64,000 bases of DNA from Candidatus Latescibacterota bacterium (GTDB lineage: Bacteria > Latescibacterota > UBA2968 > GCA-2709665): the NCBI GenBank assembly GCA_965205485.1, contig OZ242180.1, forward strand, positions 3,168,001-3,232,000, given 5' to 3'. How positions within the stretch are numbered: the stretch's first letter is position 1; each line of letters starts with the position of its first letter. The notes under the pieces were generated by a model, which saw nothing but the letters and a program-made list of their open reading frames with translations, did no database searches and was not told the DNA's origin. The position numbers were made by a program, and so were the translations under genes. Of the stretch, positions 47,983 through 57,149 are shown piece after piece.

Positions 47983-49353
47983 TCAGTCGATGCTCGACGA
48001 GGCCATTTCGTATTCTCCCTGGACGCCTTTCACCGTATTCGAAGACCGGCGCTTGAACACGTTGCCGAATGCGCCGGCCAGGCGCAGGGCCTCGTCGGGG
48101 TGATCGTCGATGAGGTTGCTTTTTTCCTTCGGGTCGTCCGGAAGATGGTACAGTTCGTCGGGCTCGCTCGCGGGGCGCTGGATATAGCTCCAGGTGTTGT
48201 CGCGGGTGCAGCGGTCGATTCCGCCGTGGTAACCGGTGATCATCGTCCGCCGGTGTTCGTCAGCATCGCCCGTGAGAACGGACATGAAGCTCCGACCCGC
48301 CATGGCGTCGGCGTTACCGTCCAGACCGAGTGCGTCGAGGAGGGTGGGCAGCACGTCCTGGTACTGAACGATCGCTGACGTCCGGCGACCCCCGTGTTTC
48401 CCTCCCGGCAGTCTGACCATGAACGGCACCTTGAGCAGTTCGTTGTACATCCGGTCCGCGCCCTTCAGGAATTTTCCGTGGTCATTCAGGGGATGTCCGT
48501 GGTCGGCCAGCAGAAAGATAACGCTGTCGTCGTAATATCCCAGGTTTCCGAGGGCTTCGAACAGCCGGCCGAGGCAGTGGTCCACAAAGGCGCATTCCCC
48601 CGCGTAGAGACCCTGGATGTGGGAGACCTCGTCCGATGAGGCCCAGTCTTCCGACGGTCCGCCCATCGGCATGATGAGGCGAGGACCCCGGTACCCGGGA
48701 TCGGTGTAGCTGTCGAACTCCGGAACGGGATTCCACGGTTCGTGAGGGTCGAACGAATCCACCCAGAGCATCACGTTTTCGTGCGCCCGGTTCGATTCCA
48801 GCCAATTGATGGCGCTGTCGACCACCTGCCACGCGAACTCGTCCTCCTTCGAGTGGAAATCGTCGGTATTGGCCAGGAATTGCGAGATGCGCCGGCGCCA
48901 GGTCTCGGGATAGCTATCGTTGACGTAGTCATCCAAATTGCGCCGGGTTGGCGCGCTGATCCAGGGGTCGTATTCCTGGCCGCGGATCCAGTCGTAAGAA
49001 GCGAAATTCCGGTGGTAGTTCATTCCGGGAGCGCGATAGTGGTAGGTATCCGTGACGAGTCCGCAGACGTATCCCTCTTCGGAGAGGATCTGGGCGATAT
49101 GTACGTCTTCCGCGGTCAGAGGTTGCCAGCCGCGGCTGTGCAGCGTGCGCTGTCCGGTCATCAGCTGGCAGCGGATTGGGATCGTCGGCAAGGCTTCGGG
49201 ATAGGCGTTGTCGAAGACCACCGCCTCCCCGGCAAATGCGTCTATATTGGGCGTCCTGCACGGATCGATACCGGGAAAGGGCGCGACGCCGGCGTTGTAC
49301 AGGCTCACGTGATCCTGTCGGAAGCTATCGAGCACGATAAAGACGACGTTCAT
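47983..49353 (-). CDS. Sulfatase-like alkaline-phosphatase-superfamily hydrolase
   Basis: IVLDSFRQD, TPNID, PTIPIR..MTG, FDPHEPW, LADHG, KVPFMV, DELYHL..DPKE. Confidence 0.85.
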   Translation of the reverse strand: MNVVFIVLDSFRQDHVSLYNAGVAPFPGIDPCRTPNIDAFAGEAVVFDNAYPEALPTIPIRCQLMTGQRTLHSRGWQPLTAEDVHIAQILSEEGYVCGLVTDTYHYRAPGMNYHRNFASYDWIRGQEYDPWISAPTRRNLDDYVNDSYPETWRRRISQFLANTDDFHSKEDEFAWQVVDSAINWLESNRAHENVMLWVDSFDPHEPWNPVPEFDSYTDPGYRGPRLIMPMGGPSEDWASSDEVSHIQGLYAGECAFVDHCLGRLFEALGNLGYYDDSVIFLLADHGHPLNDHGKFLKGADRMYNELLKVPFMVRLPGGKHGGRRTSAIVQYQDVLPTLLDALGLDGNADAMAGRSFMSVLTGDADEHRRTMITGYHGGIDRCTRDNTWSYIQRPASEPDELYHLPDDPKEKSNLIDDHPDEALRLAGAFGNVFKRRSSNTVKGVQGEYEMASSSID

Positions 49354-50516
49354 GACGTCACCTCCTCCTGGGAGACGCGGCGTTCCCAGCCGTCCCTGAA
49401 CAGCGGCAGGTGGTTGTTCACGGAATAGGGGTGTTTGCGTATCTCGTCGACGTTGAGGTCGATCCCCAGTCCGGGTGCGGCGGGCAGGCTGAAGTACCCG
49501 TCGACGACGTCATACCTTTCGCCGGTTACCAGGTCCCGTTCCCACGCCACGTTGAATTCGTCGAAGGTTTCCTGAATGAAGTGGTTGGGTGTACATGCCG
49601 CGAGTTGAAGGCAGATGGCGGTGCAGACGGGGCCCTGCGCGTCGTGCGGCGCGACCACGCCGTAGTGCGCGTCGACCATATCGCAGATCATTCGGGTTGA
49701 CCAGAGTCCGCCGCATGCCAGCGGCTCAGGCTGAAGGATGTGTACGACGTCGTGCTTCAGCAGTTCGGCGAACTGGTATTTCGTATGGAGACTTTCCCCC
49801 GTGGCGATGGGAACAGGCGACTCTCTCGCGACCCGGACGAGGGCATCGATCTTGTGGTGAGGCGTCGGTTCCTCAAACCAGGTGGGGTTATAGGGTTCCA
49901 TTTTTCGGGCGAATTTGAGTGCGGTGGACGTGCTGAACCGGCAGTGGCCCTCTACGAGAACGTCCACGCCCGGTCCCACGGCGTCGCGGACCGCCGCGAT
50001 GATGTCGACGGCCAGCGCCTCGTCATCCAGGTCCGTAATCTGGTAGGCGGAACCGAAAGGATCGAATTTGAGAGCCGTGTACCCGCGGCGGACCACGTCA
50101 AGCGCTTTCTCGTGAAAGTTTTCCGGCGTCCGCGCACCGCGATACCAGCCGTTCGCATAAGCGCGGACCCTGTCGCGCATTTCGCCGCCCAGAAGCTGGT
50201 AGACGGGCTTGTTCAGGCATTTGCCCATGATATCCCAGCACGCGACTTCGATCGCCGCAACCGCGTGCTTGTGAATCTGACCGCCGTCCGTGTACACGTC
50301 GCGGTACATCCGCTGGACGATGCGTTCAGGCTGGAACGGATCCTGGCCTTCCCACTGCGGCCTGAGTTCGTGGATGGCCGATTCAACGGTCCTGGCCATG
50401 AAGTTGACCGTGCCCTCACCGACGCCGTATACCCCCTCGTCCGTATGCACGCGTGTAAACAGCCAGTTTTTCCACGGGTTGCCGGCAATGAAAGTTTCGA
50501 CGTCCGTAATCTTCAT
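49350..50516 (-). CDS. Enolase-superfamily acid-sugar dehydratase (DgoD-like)
   Basis: TDEGVYGVGE, ACWDIMGK..PVYQLLGG, YANGW, ALKFDPFG, EGHCR, WFEEP, ATGE, APH. Confidence 0.88.
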   Translation of the reverse strand: MKITDVETFIAGNPWKNWLFTRVHTDEGVYGVGEGTVNFMARTVESAIHELRPQWEGQDPFQPERIVQRMYRDVYTDGGQIHKHAVAAIEVACWDIMGKCLNKPVYQLLGGEMRDRVRAYANGWYRGARTPENFHEKALDVVRRGYTALKFDPFGSAYQITDLDDEALAVDIIAAVRDAVGPGVDVLVEGHCRFSTSTALKFARKMEPYNPTWFEEPTPHHKIDALVRVARESPVPIATGESLHTKYQFAELLKHDVVHILQPEPLACGGLWSTRMICDMVDAHYGVVAPHDAQGPVCTAICLQLAACTPNHFIQETFDEFNVAWERDLVTGERYDVVDGYFSLPAAPGLGIDLNVDEIRKHPYSVNNHLPLFRDGWERRVSQEEVTS

Positions 50517-50733
50517 GAGATGCCTCGATTCGCGTGTATTGAGGTCCGGGGTTTCTCAAAACGGACTTCCAATATTGTTCCGGAGCCAGGGCCCGTCAAG
50601 TCGTATTTCCGCGCCTGAAACGGGTCGAATCCTCGCGGGCTCCTCACACATTTCGCTTTTCATTGTGCCGGCAGTCGCGTAAGTTCGTTTGATCTGGATT
50701 CATATTCGGGCAAATACAACGGTGGGAGGGCGA

Positions 50734-51690
50734 TTGGAAGGGACATTGAGGATTACAGATGCCGAAATCGCGGGAATACTGTCCGCAAGGGAAGTTGTCG
50801 AAAGCTGTGACCGGGCGTTTCGCCTCTATGGGTCCGGAGAGGCGCTGAATCCGCCGCGACGTGAAGAGGTGCGAAGGACGGGAGGCGCGGACCTGTTTCG
50901 CCTGGAGATGCCGGCGGAGTGGCCCGGGCGTTACCGTGCGAGGAAGGTGATTGTGGAGCGGTCGGATGTCTCGTCCGGGCGGCTTTCGGAGCGCACCGCG
51001 GTGATCGAACTGGAAGACGTTGCCACGGGCCGGAGCGCCGAACTGGACGCGGAATATCTGACCAATATGCGGACCGGCGCGGCGGGCGCCCTCGGAGTCC
51101 GCTATCTTGCCGGCGGATCGGAGGTGCTGGCGATTGTGGGAACCGGTCGCGTATCACGCGCGCTTGCCCTGTGCGCCGACGCGGCCCTCGGCCCGCGGGA
51201 GATCAGGGCGACCAGCCGCAGCGCGGCCAACGTCGAGGCGTTTGCCGCGTACGTACAACCGAAGGTGAACGCCCGTATACGAAGGACGAACGCCATTGGC
51301 GACTGCCTGGAGGGCGCCGATGCCGTGCTCACGGCGGTTCCCACGCCCCACCCGATTCTGGGAAGGCAGGACGTTGGCGACGCGGTGCATCTATCCGTAA
51401 TTGCAGGCGACCCGAGGACGGCTCAACTCAACCCGGGGCTATTGAGCAGCCGTGAGGTGGTTGCGGACCATCCCGAGCAGGTCCTGAAGTCGGGAGATTT
51501 CCTGTTGGCCGGTCTGGGCCGGGACCGGTTGGCCGCAGACGGCGAGGGGCGCGTACTGACCATCGGAGACGCGGCGCTTGGCCGACTGGAAGACCGGCGC
51601 GGCCGGGGCGCGATTGCCTATTTCACCGGAATGGCCATCCAGGATCTGATGGCGGCTGTGCAGGTGTACGAACGTGTGGCAGGGCGCTGA
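50734..51690 (+). CDS. Ornithine cyclodeaminase/mu-crystallin family protein (divergent)
   Basis: LTNMRTGAAG, AIVGTG, ADAVLTA, FTGMAIQDL. TTG start after GGAGGG. Confidence 0.75.
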   Translation: MEGTLRITDAEIAGILSAREVVESCDRAFRLYGSGEALNPPRREEVRRTGGADLFRLEMPAEWPGRYRARKVIVERSDVSSGRLSERTAVIELEDVATGRSAELDAEYLTNMRTGAAGALGVRYLAGGSEVLAIVGTGRVSRALALCADAALGPREIRATSRSAANVEAFAAYVQPKVNARIRRTNAIGDCLEGADAVLTAVPTPHPILGRQDVGDAVHLSVIAGDPRTAQLNPGLLSSREVVADHPEQVLKSGDFLLAGLGRDRLAADGEGRVLTIGDAALGRLEDRRGRGAIAYFTGMAIQDLMAAVQVYERVAGR

Positions 51691-51706
51691 GAATCGCAAG
51701 GCTGTT

Positions 51707-52513
51707 TCATGAGTCGCGATCGGTCGACACGTCTTCCGCCTGGATTTTCTTTGATGCTTCCCATAGCCGGTCCATTTCTTCCAGACTGGCGCCCTGCGGG
51801 CACTTTCCCTGTCTTTCAAGTTCCTGTTCTATGTAGCCGAAACGACTCTCGAATTTCCCTACCGTCTTCCGTAACGCTTCTTCCGGGCAGACGTGCAGAA
51901 ACCTTGCGAGGTTGACCAGAGAGAACAGGACGTCCCCAAGCTCTTCCTCGATGCCCGCTTCGTCTGCGTCCCGCCGCGCTTCGAGAAACTCACCCACTTC
52001 TTCGCGCACTTTGTCTACGACCTCTTCAGCATGCTTCCAGTCGAAGCCGGAACGGGCCGCCCGCTCCTGAACGCGCCGTGCCCTGAGCAGCGCGGGAAGT
52101 TGCCGGGGTATGCCGGCGAGGATGGACGGACCCTGGCCCTTTTCCCGCTTTTCCCGCGATTTGATGGCTTCCCAGTTTTCGACCACCTGTCCGGGGGTGT
52201 TCGCGGAGGCGTCCCCGAATACGTGCGGATGCCTGCGGATGAGCTTTTCGGACGTGGACGCCGCCACTTCTTCGAGCGTGAACCTGCCTTCCTCCCGGGC
52301 AAGTTGTGCGTGAAAGACGATTTGAAGGAGCACATCGCCCAGTTCGTCCCGCAGGCCATCGTCGTCGCCACTGTCGATGGCATCCAGGGCTTCGTAGGTC
52401 TCTTCAATCAGATAGGGTTTTAAGCTCTGGTGGGTCTGCTCGCGGTCCCAGGGACAACCGTCAGGGCCGCGCAGCCGTGCCATGAGTTTGACGAGTCGAT
52501 CGAGTTCGGACAT
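51707..52513 (-). CDS. mazG: Nucleoside triphosphate pyrophosphohydrolase MazG
   Basis: LRGPDGCPWDREQT, IEETYE, DELGDVLLQIVFH, KLIRRHPHVF, GFDW, EELGDVLF. Confidence 0.95.
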   Translation of the reverse strand: MSELDRLVKLMARLRGPDGCPWDREQTHQSLKPYLIEETYEALDAIDSGDDDGLRDELGDVLLQIVFHAQLAREEGRFTLEEVAASTSEKLIRRHPHVFGDASANTPGQVVENWEAIKSREKREKGQGPSILAGIPRQLPALLRARRVQERAARSGFDWKHAEEVVDKVREEVGEFLEARRDADEAGIEEELGDVLFSLVNLARFLHVCPEEALRKTVGKFESRFGYIEQELERQGKCPQGASLEEMDRLWEASKKIQAEDVSTDRDS

Positions 52514-52530
52514 CCCGGGGTCCTCGTTAA

Positions 52531-52650
52531 CCTTGATAGGAAAGTCTTCTTGGACGTTAAATCGAATATGTGTGAGTTGATAAAGGCTATTGGACTGCTG
52601 ATTACCAGGATACACCAGGACACTGTACGTGAAAGGAAAAAATGTCCTAC
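52531..52650 (-). mobile_element. MITE family A, copy 3 (inverted, diverged or partial)
   Basis: Reverse complement reads TTTTTTCCTTTCACGTACAGTGTCCTGGTGTATCCTGGTAATC...TTAACGTCC...ATCAAGG followed by TTAA. Confidence 0.65.
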
Positions 52651-52704
52651 GGGACGCCGGAGATCGCCATTCGAGAATCCGGGGCGCGGTCCACACGGCT
52701 TCGG

Positions 52705-52865
52705 CTAGTGTCCTGTCCCGGAAATAAGTTGCCTAAATTCGACTGCCGAGTCGCCCGGCTCGCAAGGCGCCACCGACCTGCGTATGGTCGGCGAGCGAGG
52801 GGAACGCAGCGAGACGGGATGAATCGTCGGTCGAATGGTGAGGAATTTTCGGGACAGGACACTAG
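52705..52865. mobile_element. MITE family B (153 bp plus CTAG flanks)
   Basis: CTAGTGTCCTGTCCCGGAAAT ... ATTTTCGGGACAGGACACTAG, a 20/21 inverted match including the CTAG flanks. Confidence 0.8.
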
Positions 52866-52954
52866 GTGTTTTGCATAACGACAAACTACGCCGGAGGGCT
52901 CCGTGAGTCAACGGATATTGGAATCGCGGGGGCGTAGTAAATCAAAATTAGCCG

Positions 52955-52983
52955 TTGACAAAAGCCGGGTCGCGATGTATGTT
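52955..52983 (+). promoter_or_regulatory. Putative sigma70 promoter
   Basis: TTGACA (52955-52960), 17 nt spacer, TATGTT (52978-52983). Confidence 0.55.
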
Positions 52984-53074
52984 TTTTCGTCGTGGATCTG
53001 CATCGCAACATACTGCGGCACTTTAAATAATGCAGCCAAACGATCCGGCGTTCCAACAATCTGGAGGCGAGTGA

Positions 53075-53530
53075 ATGAGCAAGTCGGTCAAGGACATTAT
53101 GCGAAAAATGGGAAACGATGAACTGAAAGACCAGGAACAGGAGCGATTCAGGAAGAAGGCGGAGGAGGTGTCGGAATACTACGACAGCGTGGGGGAAAAG
53201 TCGGAACTCGAAAAGAGGCACGACCGGTTTCGCCAGCGTCAGGAATATGCCAGCCGGCTTGGCCCGGCGGCAGAGCGCCTGCCCATCCTCACGAAGGAGG
53301 AGCGGGAACGCCGCGAAAAGGAACGGCCCGTTCGCAGAGCCATCCGGTTCGAGGGTCCAATTGAGAAACTGATTGAAAAATACAAAGACCCGAAAGAAGT
53401 CTTCAACCACATGTCCCACGGACAGTTGATGAAATACGAACTGGAAGAGGAGACCGGATGCATTTACGAAAAGGGCAAGCTGATATTCGACGGCGAGAAA
53501 CTCGTGGACGGCGATGACGACAGGCCTTGA
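53075..53530 (+). CDS. Hypothetical highly charged cytoplasmic protein
   Basis: 151 aa, E/K/R-rich and helical. GGAGG RBS and its own promoter. No recognised family. Confidence 0.65.
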   Translation: MSKSVKDIMRKMGNDELKDQEQERFRKKAEEVSEYYDSVGEKSELEKRHDRFRQRQEYASRLGPAAERLPILTKEERERREKERPVRRAIRFEGPIEKLIEKYKDPKEVFNHMSHGQLMKYELEEETGCIYEKGKLIFDGEKLVDGDDDRP

Positions 53531-53739
53531 TCGGTCATTTCGGGGATTGGAAGAGGAGAGGTCGGAACCCGCGCCGTCGTCAATGCAGGATTGATCGACC
53601 GATCACCCGGCAGGCGCGACACCGGATTCCGTTCGTCGAATCCATCCGCTATTGCGTTTGACAGGACCCTTTGGATTTCTGAGATCCGAAGGGCTTCTTT
53701 TTTCGGTGCAGTGCGAAAGCCGGTGTATCCACCACCGGA

Positions 53740-54666
53740 TCAGGGTCCTTTTTGCGCGCGCTTTACGCAGGCTTCGATGTACTCCCGAATCCTGTCTCCA
53801 CATTCGGGGTCCTGGAGGGCAAAGTCAATAAACGCACGATAGTAACTGGCGTGACTTCCGATATCGTATCTTGTTTCATCCGGTAGCAGACGCACGCATC
53901 TGACCGGTTTCCCCCGCCGAATAAGGCCACGAATGGCTTCGGTGACGCCAATCTCCTCGCCCGCGGCCTGCGTAAGCGCGCGGATTTCGTCGAAGATATG
54001 GGGGCTGAATATATAGCGCGCGCTCACGGCCATAAGGCTGGGCGCTTCGTCCACGCCGGGCTTTTCGACAAGATCGTGGATGGCGAAGCTGTCTGCGTTC
54101 AGATCGCCTGCCGGGTCCGGCTTGACGATTCCGTAGCGTCCAACCATTTCGGACGTGACGGGACGGACGCCCACGGTACACGCGGACCCGTGTACGAGAT
54201 GAGATTCGATCATTCGAGCCAGAAAGTTCGGCGTATGCCTGGTGTTGATGATCGTATCGCCATAGGCGACCGCAAAGTGCTCCTTGTCCACGAAACTCTC
54301 GGCAGCGAGTATGGCGGCGCCCGTGCCCCGGAGTCTGTTCGCCGGGGTCAACGCCTGCTGACGGGTATAAAAGAACTCGATGCCGCGCAGGCTGTAGTCG
54401 AGTTGACCCGCGTCATTGGAGGCGTGGTTCTGGTCGGACGGGGAGGCGAGATCGACGTTGTTGTCGAACTGGTTTTCAATGATGGTCTTGGTATGAGAGG
54501 TTATGAAGAGACACTTCGTCAGATTCGCGGCGGCCATTTCTTCGACGACGTGCTGTATCGCGGGGTATTTGCCAACGGGCAGCATCTCTTTCGGCAGGGC
54601 TCTTGTCGTGGGCAATAAACGGGTGCCGAGCCCTGCAACCGGAATGACGACTTTTCGGACACGCAT
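53740..54666 (-). CDS. galU: UTP--glucose-1-phosphate uridylyltransferase-like nucleotidyltransferase
   Basis: KVVIPVAGLGTRLLP.T..PKEMLPV, YGD, RYGIV, VEKP, RYDIG. Confidence 0.8.
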   Translation of the reverse strand: MRVRKVVIPVAGLGTRLLPTTRALPKEMLPVGKYPAIQHVVEEMAAANLTKCLFITSHTKTIIENQFDNNVDLASPSDQNHASNDAGQLDYSLRGIEFFYTRQQALTPANRLRGTGAAILAAESFVDKEHFAVAYGDTIINTRHTPNFLARMIESHLVHGSACTVGVRPVTSEMVGRYGIVKPDPAGDLNADSFAIHDLVEKPGVDEAPSLMAVSARYIFSPHIFDEIRALTQAAGEEIGVTEAIRGLIRRGKPVRCVRLLPDETRYDIGSHASYYRAFIDFALQDPECGDRIREYIEACVKRAQKGP

Positions 54667-54841
54667 ACTGGATCCTTTGACTGGCCGCAAAGATAATCCT
54701 GCGCTGGCGCATTGTCAATGCCGAAGCGCGCTGAAATTCCGGGTCCTGGAACCGGCTTCCGGCCCGTCCGCCAAGCATAGAATTCCTTTGCGCGCGCGGA
54801 GCATATTCGATAGATTTTCTCAGTGACCCATCGCGGAAGGT

Positions 54842-57061
54842 GTGACCATGACGTGGATCATTGCCCTGTCCCTGACGATCGTCGCGCCCGTACCGGCGGC
54901 GCCGGTTGATTCGCTCCGTGTACGGGCGGAAGCCGACATCGAGGGGGGGCGGCCGGAACGCGCCGTTGCCGCGCTGCAGCTGGTGATCGACACGGGAAAG
55001 GAAACGGCGCGGGACTATGTCCTCCTCGGACATGCGTATCTGGATGCCGGCAATCAGAAGGCAGCCAGAAAGGCATTTCGGAAGGCGGTCAAGCAGGGCG
55101 CAAAGGCAGCGGGGTACAACGGGTTGGGTCTGGCCTACATGGCTTCAAAGCAGGGGTACCGGCAGGCCGAGTCGTATTTCAGACGAGCCCTGAGAGCGGA
55201 CCCGGACATGGCCGGGGCGCAGTACCACCTGGCTTGCGTCTACCTTGAAACACGGAAGCGCCGGGCGCGGGAGGCATTTGAGAGCGTGATTGAAATCGAT
55301 GCCCGCTACCCTGACGCCCATTACCAGGTCGGACTGCTGCTGGAGGACGGCGGCAAGCGGCACGAGGCGATTTCAGCATACCGGCGGGAGATGGAGGCGA
55401 ATCCGGCTCACCCCCGCGCAGGAATCCGGCTGGCCAGGATGTGGCTCTCGTTGGGCAACACCGGGGAAGCGGTCAATACGCTCTCAGGGTTGCTGACAGC
55501 CGATGGCGACGCCAGAATTCCTGCCAATCGCGAACTTGCCGTTATTGCACTGATGAATCGTGACTTCGAGCGAGCGAACGAACTGTTCGGGGTCTATTTC
55601 TCCTTCCTTCCGGAGGCCGAACAACGCAGGTATCGAGACATATCCCTCGTGGCGGACGACGAGGACCTTGAGCGCTACGAGGCGGCGTTGCCGGAGGAAA
55701 AAGATGTACTCGCCGCGCGGTTCTGGAACCGGCGCGACCCCACCCCCCTCACGCCCGAAAACGAGCGGCTGCTCGAGCACTATCGCCGCGTGGCACACGC
55801 GCTGGAACATTATACCCGGCCGGACGGCGGCTGGGACAAACGTGGCGAGGTATTCATCCGGCTGGGAAGTCCCGACCATATCAGCAGATGGGACGATATT
55901 CAGGCCGAACCCAATCGGGAATTACAGGAAACGCGAGTGAATTTCGTGAACCGTTCCCGGATCGCGCTGGCCATCTCACCGGGGCTTCCGATCTTTCCGG
56001 TTGCCGCGAATGCCAGGTGGGAATACTGGATTTACACACAGGTGGACGGCGGTATCGAGATCACGTTCGCGGAAGTCTTCAAGGGCAGGCGGTACGACTA
56101 CGCGCCGTTTCCGCTCAGGGTCGCGCCGCATGTCGGTATCCATCTGGCTGGTTTTCAGGGCGGGGTGGTCATGCAGAATGTGGTGGCGAGCCGGCCATCA
56201 CGCTATTCACCCGATTTCGCCGATCTGCCCATCGACTTCTACTACTATCCGGCGGATTTCAAAGGGCCGGAGTCCAGGACGCGACTTGAGGTCTATTACG
56301 GTTTGCCTGCATCCGAGGTGGTTCGGTTGAACGTGGATGAGAAAACGGATCTCATTCTGTTGGACCGGGGCGTTGCCCTATTCGACAGCTTGTGGAATGA
56401 AGTTTATCGTGAGGTGGATCAGATGGCCTTCAGCGCCCCCACGGACCGGCAGGTATCCGACGGCGCGTTCATTCCCGGCGTCATGCCGGTGGACCTGCCG
56501 CCGGGGACGTACCAGATGGCCCTGCAGGTCAGGGATGTGGTTTCCGGCAAGTCCCAGGTCTATCAGCAGGCGGTTGTCCTGGAGGACTATCACAAACCAA
56601 CCGGTCTGTTGATCAGCGATATCGAACTGGCCTTCGCTACCGAGCCGACGGAAGAAACCGCGGGAGACTACGTAAAAAACGGCCTCAAGGTCGTTCCGAT
56701 GTCGTCGCTGGCGTTTCGAACCCACCAGAACGCGTTTGTCTATTTTGAAATTTACAATCTGAAACAGGATGCCTTCGGTCAAACGCGCTATCGAGTGGAA
56801 TACACGTTGCGGTCACATCGCGACCGGGCGCTGCCTGCGAAGATTCTGCACGGTCTGGGACGGGTATTCAGGTTGTCCGAAAAGGACCAGGAGATTGTGA
56901 TTGCGTACGACCAGGCCGGCAACCGGCCGGATGAAGTGGCGTACGTGGAACTGGACCTTACCGAAACGCAGGAAGGCAGGCAGCTGGTCAGGGTGGCGGT
57001 AACGGACCTGCTGGCGGATGAAGAGGCTTCGAAGGAGATTTCATTCAGCATCGTTCCGTGA
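54842..57061 (+). CDS. GWxTD-domain/TPR protein (paralog 3)
   Basis: Signal peptide and TPRs, FWNRRDPTPLTPENERLLEHYRRV..GWDKRGEVFIRLGSP, WEYWIY, FVYFEIYNL. Confidence 0.88.
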   Translation: MTMTWIIALSLTIVAPVPAAPVDSLRVRAEADIEGGRPERAVAALQLVIDTGKETARDYVLLGHAYLDAGNQKAARKAFRKAVKQGAKAAGYNGLGLAYMASKQGYRQAESYFRRALRADPDMAGAQYHLACVYLETRKRRAREAFESVIEIDARYPDAHYQVGLLLEDGGKRHEAISAYRREMEANPAHPRAGIRLARMWLSLGNTGEAVNTLSGLLTADGDARIPANRELAVIALMNRDFERANELFGVYFSFLPEAEQRRYRDISLVADDEDLERYEAALPEEKDVLAARFWNRRDPTPLTPENERLLEHYRRVAHALEHYTRPDGGWDKRGEVFIRLGSPDHISRWDDIQAEPNRELQETRVNFVNRSRIALAISPGLPIFPVAANARWEYWIYTQVDGGIEITFAEVFKGRRYDYAPFPLRVAPHVGIHLAGFQGGVVMQNVVASRPSRYSPDFADLPIDFYYYPADFKGPESRTRLEVYYGLPASEVVRLNVDEKTDLILLDRGVALFDSLWNEVYREVDQMAFSAPTDRQVSDGAFIPGVMPVDLPPGTYQMALQVRDVVSGKSQVYQQAVVLEDYHKPTGLLISDIELAFATEPTEETAGDYVKNGLKVVPMSSLAFRTHQNAFVYFEIYNLKQDAFGQTRYRVEYTLRSHRDRALPAKILHGLGRVFRLSEKDQEIVIAYDQAGNRPDEVAYVELDLTETQEGRQLVRVAVTDLLADEEASKEISFSIVP

Positions 57062-57149
57062 CGGTTGACCGCCCGTAATTCTTTTGATCCCCCGCGCAAA
57101 GCTGTTACCGCGCAGCGCATCGTAAATGGCGTCCATTATCGGGAGCAAC

